64,000 nt of DNA from Utricularia gibba (lineage: Eukaryota > Plantae > Magnoliophyta), in assembly GCA_002189035.1 (NCBI GenBank), contig CM007989.1:7068001-7132000 (forward strand), in the 5' to 3' direction. The notes under the pieces are model-generated. The model was not told where the DNA came from and searched no databases. It worked only from the letters and a program-made list of their open reading frames with translations. Shown one piece after another: positions 13,601 through 23,466 of this stretch (position 1 is the stretch's first letter; every line of letters begins with the position of its first letter). A program made the translations under genes and the position numbers.

Positions 13601-14405
13601 AATGTTATATCATTTGGGATCGAATGTCAATAACTCTAAAATATATGTAGAAAGGCATACATGTTGATCAAGACCACATCTGCGACCGCGAGAGCGAAGA
13701 GGGCGGTTTGCTTCTCGAACTTGGTGTCATCCTTTCAAGAAGAGATGAATGACAAAATGATGTCAACCAGCATTTTTTCATTTAGGGGATAAATCGGATA
13801 CCTCTCCGCGTTCACTCCCATCGGAGCCTTCGATATCCATGACAAGTGTGCCAGGAGTGAACTCCTTGTTGTATCCTAACCATATGCCATTGGTCGTCTT
13901 GGACCTGATAAGCACTTTGTTTACTCCGTATGTCATTTGGGTTAGTAATATAATGTAATGTAATGAGAAGAAGGTTCTTGCCTCCCCTCCATCGCATCCA
14001 TTTCTTGGAAATTTGTATGGAACAGGTGATTCAACAGTGTGCTCTTCCCTGCAACACAAATGTTGCTGGTGACCGCCAAACAGACAGAGCGTAAAAAGCT
14101 TGCTACACAGGTAACGTACCACTACTTTGGGGACCTATGATCGCAACGATCTTATAGGAAACACCAAACTGCGCCAGGTTAATTTGCTTGCAGAGATTCT
14201 CAAAAGCAGCGTTCTCGTAAGCACCATCCTTATCTACAAGTTGAATCAATTCAGAACTATCCGAGCGTGAGGAGTTACCATGTGCAGAGCTCGACACAGC
14301 GCCAGCAATACATGGATCTGCACCCAAAAAAAAGGTGGGAAACACGTAATACCAAAACTCTAAAGCCCCTACGAGGAACAGATAAAAAGGTGATCACTTA
14401 CCCAT
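10639..14405 (-). pseudogene. RHD3/Sey1 (atlastin-type) GTPase-like copy A, disrupted
   Basis: Exon pattern is RHD3-like: micro-exon ATGG at 14405-14402, P-loop GPQSSGKST, TLVMDIEGSDGSERGE, DDTKFEKQTALFALAVADVVLIN, and helical exons down to WKAFTQKT. Lesions: TGG>TAG at 13586-13584, a deletion removing the IRD motif near 13400, and the terminal-exon acceptor changed to GGGG near 10615. The end coordinate is the read-through stop TGA. Confidence 0.85.
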
Positions 14406-14495
14406 TGGCGAGAATGAAGATCTACAGAAGCTCAACTCAAAGTCCAGGTACAAAATGACTTCGTGATTGCTCCTCTAAATAATGCTAATTTTGGA

Positions 14496-14517
14496 GTGTG
14501 TGTGTGTGTGTGTGTGT
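14496..14517. repeat. (GT)11 microsatellite upstream of RHD3-like copy A
   Basis: Direct reading of gtgtgtgtgtgtgtgtgtgtgt. Confidence 0.9.
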
Positions 14518-14561
14518 AAACGAAGAAAAATTTTGGTACATGATTTGTCAATAACCAAACC

Positions 14562-16395
14562 TTGACCTTCACTCGGTTTACATAGTCTAGAACTATCCTA
14601 TGCACGAAGCCGCCGTGACCGACATTGACTTTATTTGATAAATAGTCATCCTTTTACCTAAATTGAAAATTTTCATCCTCACAAAAATTTTTAAAAAATG
14701 GTCATATTTAATATTTTATTTTAAATTAATTAAATGCATTGAATGTGAAATATACTTATATTTCTATGTATTTAAGATATTTTATATTTTTTTTATTTAT
14801 GCAGTATAATATTCATAATTATTGTTTTATTAATTTTTTAAGAAATAACGATAAACATTATATTATTTATGTTTAGATCATATAATATTAACAAATAATC
14901 TAATAAAATAAAATATGTTGTATTATTTGATTTAAAAAATACAAAATAAATATCTATACAAATATTTTTTAATTATTATAAATTCATAATAAATCAATAT
15001 TAAAAAATATGTAAATATGCAATTTTTTTTTAATTTGCTATGTAGCACATGAAAAAATAGACGACAAGCGTGAAAAAAAAATCAAACATATCTTGATTAG
15101 CAAAATTCACCTAGAATAAAAATTTCAGAATAAATTATATGTTACAATGATGAGGGTAGTCATTAATAGGACAGTTGAGGACCACGTCCAGGACGGCTGC
15201 AAATCACGTCGTTGACCTTGACCTTAACTCTGGTTTACCATATTCTAGAACCATCACGTGTACGACATAGAAAAAAATCTTGTGGATGTGGCTACAAATT
15301 ATTATCGGTTTTTGATGAACTGATTCTGATGAAATTGATCTAACCCTTCGAAAAAGAAAAAATCACATAGAGTGATTAACGGGAAGATGAAAATAGTGAA
15401 TCTAAAATTATTATTATTATCATTGTTGTTATTATTGTTATTATTATTATTATTATTGTTTTATAGTTTCAAATAATTAATATTTAGTTATTAATTGATA
15501 ATTGACACCTAAGAAATAGATGTTATTAATGTTTAAACATGTAAATAAGTACCAAGAGTGGAGTTATTCCAATAGAGTTGTCCCTTGTCGTCACTCCTTT
15601 TCCCTTGTCCTGTTTAAAATAATTTTTAAAACTAAGTCAATTGGCTCATTGAATAATTGTATAGATTATTAATCATCGAATTTAAACATACATTTAAAAT
15701 TTACCAAATAGAGAAATTCTAATTTTAATGAATTTTGATAACTAATTTTATGTCAATTATATTTGTATTTTTTATAATTATATTATATTGATTTTATATC
15801 AATTTGATATTTTTGGAATAAAAATATATTTTATAATTTTTCAAAATTATTTCAATCTAAATTAAAAAAAAAAAATAGATTGGTATTGATGAATATATTT
15901 TTAAAGGGAATATATTTCTTATTGACTTACATTTTAATGTTTTTTTATTTTCATTCATGGAAAAAAAATAAAAATCTTGACACGCTGTTATTAGTGAGTA
16001 CATATTATATCACTCTTCTAAAAAGTTGGCTACACAGTTGACGTACATTTTAATCGTTGGCACCGCATTCCTTGACTCCTTTTCCCACAACTTCGAATTT
16101 TCTTTTTGTGTGTGGTTCAAGAGGAAAGCCGCCATGGACCCACGTTACGACTCATTCCCTAAATATGATTTTTTATTTTAATTACTATTCACAAATTTTA
16201 TTTTTCTCTTTTGTGGTTATCTTATAGTTTCAAATAAATAATATTTAGTTGAAAGTAGTACAGTATTAGAAAATGATAATCCGTGAACTTGAAAATATAA
16301 ATTGCTGTCCAAATTCGAGAAAATAATTTATTAAACAATTTGTTCGGGGGAAGACCTGATTATTAAGTATAAAATAATTTTCAAAACTAAGTCAA
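14562..16395. promoter_or_regulatory. W-box (TTGACY) cluster upstream of RHD3-like copy A
   Basis: TTGACC/T at 14562, 14625, 15212, 15218, 15922 and 16072, plus reverse-strand AGTCAA at 15635 and 16390. Confidence 0.5.
15408..15460. repeat. (TTA/TTG)n trinucleotide microsatellite
   Basis: ttattattattatcattgttgttattattgttattattattattattattgtt. Confidence 0.8.
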
Positions 16396-16560
16396 CTGGA
16401 TCAGAGAATAATTTTATAGACAAGTAATTAAAATCTCAAAACGAATTGTATATACGTATAAGCAAATTGGATCATTGAATTTAAACAAAAAATTAAATTT
16501 TATCACGTAGTGGTATTATAATTTTAATGAATTTCATACTAAATGATATAACACATATTT
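15455..16560. repeat. Internally duplicated intergenic modules, also shared with the copy B promoter (about 20700-20900)
   Basis: The block ttatagtttcaaa(t/c)aa..aatatttagtt occurs at about 15462, 16223 and 20828. The block aaaactaagtcaa...gaataatt...gaatttaaaca occurs at about 15628 and 16383. The block gtgtgtggtt...ggaa..gccgccatgga occurs at about 16108 and 20737. Confidence 0.75.
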
Positions 16561-16797
16561 TATAATCGATTTTGATTAGGAAAGACAATTTCTTCGTTGT
16601 TCCTGATTTTGCATTCTCTTCCATCGTCTTCTTCTACAAAATTTTATCTTCCTATTTACCAGAACTTAAGGTTTGCCCCCCCTACTTTCCTGCAGACTTT
16701 CTTTTCTCATTCTCTACCCTTTAAGGGCAGCTTACGTGCTCCAAAAAGAGTATGAGTCACTTGCACTCCAATTCCTTCATTAATGCTTTCCTTGAGA

Positions 16798-19700
16798 TCA
16801 TAAGTATAGCTGGTAATAATGTGTCCTGATTCTTGCAAATTGTTTCTTTCTGTAAGGTGTAAAAATTCTCCCAAGCACACTTGATACAACAACATGAGCA
16901 ATCCACTCCACACAGAAGAGCTGCACACGTGCAGCAATCCAATCTGTAAAGACAAGCGTGATTTAAAATGAATCACCTATACCTATACCAATTCCGAAGA
17001 ACAGAAGAACTGCTTTGATGACAAGGGGACCCATTAGAAATATTTTCTTGAAGATTTTACCCGCGCCTGATTTCTGTTGGAAGAAAAACAATGTGAAACA
17101 GATCATATATGTATTGTAGGATGTACTAAAGGAGAAGATAAATTGTAGTTAGGACAGGGAGTAGTAGTGGTTGCCTGTCTAAGAGAAAAGGATGTCTTCT
17201 CAATGAACGCCTTCCATAGTTGCAGACACTGACGAGGTGTCAATAAGACGTGCTCTGCAGCAACCTTCAAAGGAAACACAGGATGGAGATTAATGAGCAG
17301 CAGGAGGAATGACTGCTTGCAAAGTGTCTCTGCAGCACAAGTGGCAGTAGCACTCACCCCCGACCAATTTTCTAAGCTGTCAAGTTGTTCTCCATTTGAA
17401 TAAGATCTAAGAAGACTGTTGTACAAAACTTCCACAAATGAACTGGAAACCCTCTCATCCAATCGGATCACCGCCAGAACCGAGAGTAGTTTCAAGCACT
17501 ATTTGCAGACAGTGAAAAGGAAAATCTCAATATAGAAGGGCAAAAGTGAAGGGGCAGGTGGTTCAAAACGACTTGCAAGCACATACCTCCAAGCGGGATT
17601 CATTGGCGAGCTGATTGATGTCATCTTTAGATAACTTGGACATATCACGATCCTTGGAAAACTCGTCGAAAAACCTGTGGGGTTCAAGCAAATCAATAGG
17701 ATGAATGATGCAGCGGTGGTTTAAGAAACATAGTTGAGATCCATTATTCTCACCTCTCCACCATATGATTCAAAGCATTTTCCGATTCTACTCTTGCATG
17801 TTCTTTTACCAGGCCTTCACCGAAGTCTTTCAGAAGCTTCACATTTAAGCCCAGCGTACTTTGATCCACCTTGTAACGAGAGAGGGCAAGACAGTATTCC
17901 TTAGTTACATCTCCGATCTTGTTTTCAGAGTATTCCCTTATTTGCTCCCATGCATCTCCTGCACTTTCTAGTAGCAAAGACTTCACATGGTCACCTAGCG
18001 CTTTTGTCATTTTCTCCTACACAAGTTTTGCATTCTTTAGAGTGCTAGCAATGGAATATATATATATGTATATTGACAATAGCATGCGTACCTTATATTC
18101 TTTCAAAATCCCAGGCAGTAGGGAATTTTGAAGATGAACAACACGATTATCGATGCCATTCTTGAGTTGATTCCTGATAGCAAGTGAGTTCCAGATTGCT
18201 TGCTGTGGTGTGGCATCTGTACAAAAGAAAGTTTATATATATTGTGTGACCCAGAACTAGCCAACTGTTTCTCTATTAACAGAAATGCAGTAGGAGATCA
18301 GACACAAGAATACCTGTAGATGCTTTATCCAGCTGCTTGAGTGCGCTTTCAGTCAAGTCATCTGCATCTTTAGCAAAATTTGCACTATATTTCAAGTTGA
18401 CCGCATCCTTCTTGAATCGATTCCATATTTTATAACGTGTGTGAACCATCGAGGATGCGTACACCTCCCTTGCGCTCTTACAAAAAAAGAGAAAGAATAT
18501 GCAGGGGTTGTGTGTGTATATGTAGAGGAAACTTCAAAGTACCTCAAGCAGCTGCTCTTCTAACTCCCTTTGTTTCACGGATCTCACATTTTCATCGAAA
18601 TGAAGGGTGGCCTCATTGAACCTATCACAATTCGTTCATAAGTCAGTATAATTTTCACAATTGATTTTTCCCAAGTGTCATATACTCACCTGGATAAACA
18701 TTCGTTAATGAAATCTCCCAAATTGGCCCCTAGTCCATCCACTGACCTTCTCTGGGCCTCCTTTCTCAGTTCGTCCCATTTCTGAGCGCAAGTTGACAGG
18801 GACAAATGAGTGGCAACAAGTATTTGGATGGCAACCTTTTGGCTAGTCCTGAGTAGTTTTATGTTTGTAAAAAGCATTCATGGGGATCATGGCCAGTACC
18901 TCATTTTCAAGGAATGGCTTCAGCTTCTTAGCACGAATCTCATCACACTTATGAGCGGCAAGAGTAAACTAGCGGAGAAACAAGAGTAAATTCTCCTTTT
19001 TGGAAAGAAAACGACAATGGAGAATACCTTGTGGGAGGGGACGTCAATGTCCTTGTTTTCTTTAATCTCTTCCCATATGCGTTTAAAGCTTTCTGGCATG
19101 TGTGAAGCAGGAACTTCATCCCCCTTTTTACTCATTGTCTCAGGACCACAGATCTGTTCTCTTAGTTGGGACACCTACATCAAACATGCTCCCGTGGCAT
19201 ACGACATTAGAAGCAAATCTCACGTTTGATGATCACCATTTACCTCGCGAATGAAGTCATTTCTAGCGTATCTGTAGTGTGATAGCCACAACTTCAACCT
19301 GAAATAGAAGACAAAATTTAAACCAACATATGATACCCAATCTAATTAACTATACAACAAGTATCATACATTGAAAAACTGACTTATGTCATATTTTCTT
19401 GTCTCTGATGATTTCATTGGAATGGAGTTCCATATCTGCACAAGTTGTTGATCAGGATAACTGAAATCCTTATTTAATGTTATCAACTGTACCTCACGAA
19501 TAGTACTTCTTAATTTTAAATCCAACTGAGGGAGAGGAGTCTGCACACAATGAAACCATTAGAAATTATATTTGGTGATTTTCAAAACAAACACAAGGAG
19601 TCAAATAAAGAATCTTACTTCACTCTTATCACGGATGACAAAAAGTAGAGTGATTTTACGTGGGTTGTAGAGCTTACTCATAGCCTATTATTCATCACAG

Positions 19701-20483
19701 TAGAAAAAAAAAGTGAGATTCTTTTGAGTTTGATTATGTGAAAAGTATTAATACCTCGAATACAATCTTTAAGAGAGATTTCATGGAAGCCTTTTCACGT
19801 CCGACCTCATGACACCATCTTCAAAAGCAAGAGAGAAAGAGAAAAACAAGAATGTTATACAAGTCTACAACATTTGTGATCGAATGTTATAAGCAAGGGG
19901 AATAATAACCACTAACTCCTATATCCCTCATCTTTGAAGTGCTGAAATAATCTATGTAAGAATGCATACATGTTGATCAAGACCACATCTTCAATGTCCA
20001 TGACAAGTGTGCAATGAGTAGACTCCTCGCTGTATCCTAACCATATGCCTTTGGTTGTCTGGGACCTGATAAGTACCTGTTTACTCTGTGTATCATTTAG
20101 GTTAATGTAATGAGAAGAAGGTTCTTGCCTTCCGTCCACTGCATTCATTTCTTGGAAATTTGTATGGAAGAGGTGATTCAGCAGCGTGCTCTTCCCTGCA
20201 GCCCAAATGTTGCTGGTGACCGCCAAACAGACAGAGAGTAAAGAATTTGCTGCACAGGTGACGTACCACTACTCTGGGGGCCTATGATCGCAATGATCTT
20301 ATAGGAAACACCAACCCGCGCCAGGTTAACTTGGTCGCAGAGATTCTCAAAAGCAGCGTCCTCATAAGCACCATATTTATCAGCAAGTTGAATCGAATAA
20401 GAAGCATCCGAGCTCGAGAAGATAGCGCGTGCTTTGCTCCACAATGCACGCACTGCCGAGAATGAAGAGGTAAAGAAGCTCAT
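16798..20483 (-). pseudogene. RHD3/Sey1 GTPase-like copy B, disrupted
   Basis: Exon-by-exon paralog of copy A: [54 protein letters not shown] and on. Lesions: in-frame 148-bp deletion fusing MDIE to DVVLIN at 19989/19990, and a 2-nt deletion near 19285 giving TAG at 19265-19263. The original ATG became GTG; an upstream in-frame ATG lies at 20483. Confidence 0.85.
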
Positions 20484-20698
20484 CTCCAAGTTTGCAACTC
20501 AAACTCCACCTACAAAACGACTTAATGATCTGTCGTATATATACATACAATAATTTAGGTGTATGTGTCAAAGAAAACGAAGAATAGCTTTTTTTATGTA
20601 ATAAAATAGGTTATGCAAAGTTTTACATTAATGATCATGAGCTAATACATTAATGTCGCAGTTGCGTGTCGCGTCCAATACAGTTGTCCCTTTCTCGG

Positions 20699-20710
20699 TT
20701 GACCTTGACT
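20699..20710. promoter_or_regulatory. Tandem W-box pair upstream of RHD3-like copy B
   Basis: TTGACC immediately followed by TTGACT, about 220 bp upstream of the ATG at 20483. The arrangement matches 15212-15223. Confidence 0.5.
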
Positions 20711-22199
20711 TGCGTCATTTCTACCTTCTTTTCAAGTGTGTGGTTACAGGAAGCCGCCATGGATCCACATTCCGCCTCGCATTCTGAATATGTTTTTTTA
20801 TTCGTTTTTATCTTTTGTTGATATTTTATAGTTTCAAACAAATAATATTTAGTTGTCAATAATGATTGAATGTAATAAAATATTAGAAAACGGTAATCTA
20901 AAAATGTGAAAAATAGCATGGGGATAGTTAGATAAGGATGATTGAACGGTGCATTTTTTATGTTTTTATTACAAAAAATAAAGTGATCAATTTAATATCT
21001 ATACCCAAAACTGTGATCAGATTGTGATTGAACCACAATTTGGTCAGATTCATTTTTTTATACTTTAGAGATGTTTGAATTTAATTTAATTTCTATTTCA
21101 AAAACAATTTAATCATGAGCTTTTAAGCACTTGTGTGGATTTTACATTCCATGAATATGTAAAAATTCACAAAGTGGAGTGCATATATTCATGATTTGAA
21201 AAATTATGAGTACGTTGAATTAGTTTCCATTTATAATATTTAATTTATATTATATTATTTTTTAAAAAAATACTAAAATCAAGTAATTTTATTAACAAAC
21301 TAATGGAAACTTGAAAGATTGTCAAAATTATTAGAAAAATACAAAATCAAATAAAACAAAAAAGCATAAAGACACTAGAAATTAAAGTTCAAACTAAATA
21401 AATTAAATTATTTATCATCACTACATAATAATAAGCATTTCAGTTTAATACTGTGTTCTTAGAATCCAAGACAAGTTACCTGTCAAATTACAACCTTTAA
21501 ATGAGGAAAACGTCTCAGTTAAATTCAAGTACTTTGAGATAGCTTATTTTATTTGATGTTTTGACTTATTGTTTAGAGTTTATTCGTTGCTTTATTATAT
21601 TTAGAATTATAAAAAAATATTAGATGGCACTTATATTTATTAGAATTAAATAATCATTTAAGCTAAAATATAGAACACATAAAGAAACAATTAACAGACA
21701 TGTTTTGAGAGCATGTGTTCAGAATAAGAATTTCATATATTTGGTTATTAGATGAGACAATTTTACTATAGATGCTCATATTCTAAAAAATGCTTTGTCT
21801 CGACCAAATGGTCTACAAGTTCTTAAAGTCAAGTTTTTTTTTTTGTTTTATCTTGCTATATACTAATCAAAATAACTAATCTACAAATGTGGATATGCTA
21901 AGTTAATATTACGTTTGATATTAATATATTAGTATGTTTAAGTATAATATAATTAAATATGTATATACTTAATTGTAGATAACGTTTGATATGTAAAAAT
22001 ATAAATTTAAGTATATGAGTGCTATACATATAAGTAGTCATCTCCTCTATTTGTATATATTATCTATATACTCAAAAAAATAAGTATATCAATAATATAA
22101 TTATACAAGTTTAGTATATATATACTAATCAATCAAACAACGATATATATCTAAACTTAGATATAAATATTCTATACTATCTTATCAAACATCCCATTA

Positions 22200-22900
22200 T
22201 CAATATGCTACACAAATGCCAATGGATTTTTAGCATCATACAGAGCAGTCCGTTACCACCTAAAGAAAAGTGTTGGGAGATTGCTAGCTTCACAAAATGC
22301 TCATGAATACTTCAATTCTACCAAATAAGATTATCTTGTGTATTATTGCCATGTGGTCAAATTCATTGTATCCTATAATTTTATAATGAACCACATAGCT
22401 TGCATTCAGAATATTAATTGGAAATAAAATCATCCTAAAAATAATCTTTCATAATAGCAAAATAAGTTTACCAGAGAATCCAGAAGATCAAATACTAGAA
22501 AATCCAAAATATGCAAAAGAAAGAGTAATTCAAATATTAAAACAAGTTTCCATAGTGCTTCATTTGCCCTTACAAATAGAGTCATTTTAGCTGGATTAGA
22601 TATAGTTATCTCACTAATTTTGAAATAATCAGAATCTTCAATCTCCAATGGAAATTGAAACATGATATCAGCTAGTTGTTCTTCTTTCTCGATCTCCATC
22701 ATTATGGCAGCATGATCAGGCCTATTTTGAAGCCTTTTGATTGGTTCATTGGTACTTTCAGTTAATTTTTTTCATATGTGAATCCAATACTCGATATCAT
22801 GCTATGCTATATCCAACAAGCATATGCTCATTGTGTAAGTTTTGAGGCAAAAAATGGGGGATCATTTCCTAAGTAAACAAACATTAGAAACTATTTGATA
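22200..22900 (-). mobile_element. Possible degenerate PIF/Harbinger transposon relic
   Basis: The ORF at 22702-22430 (EEQLADI...DYFKISEITISNPAKMTLF...W) resembles the C-terminus of Harbinger Myb/SANT proteins. A downstream stop-ridden frame HGNNTQDNLIW..HFVKL weakly resembles the transposase N-terminus. This is recalled similarity only. Confidence 0.35.
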
Positions 22901-23466
22901 AGAGCTTTTTTTCATTGATGAAATGAAACCCAATCTAATTAAAGTAGAATCTAAAATATTCTAGAAAATGATGGTGAACTTTATTGTATTAAAAATCTAG
23001 AAGAAGATTGAACAGTAAATAATAATCGAGAAATAACTAATTTAGAATTATCTATGTTATATATTGTTGTATAAATACAATAACAAGTATTTAAAAATTA
23101 TGTAAAATTATAAATATCCCTTTTTGAAATTAATAAATTCGATTATTTATACTATTTTAAATCGTTGTTCTACAATTTATACTATTTTTGCATTTGTGAA
23201 CTTTTCCGTGCACATAATTGCAACATATTCAAAACAATTGGGACCATCTTTGTAAATTTAAACAGTTTAGGGACTGGTAATGTACGTTTTCCAAAATTTA
23301 TGACTAAAACTGCTGTCCAATTCTAAAACTATTCGTCCACCAAGCGCTGTGGTGAATCGTAGAACTTTGATGGAGCCCTAGTTTTTACACAGTGCATTAG
23401 CTTCTCCTCACAAAGTCACAAGCCCTAATTTTTTTTCCTGGCGTTTACGGCATACCGTGATCGCCG

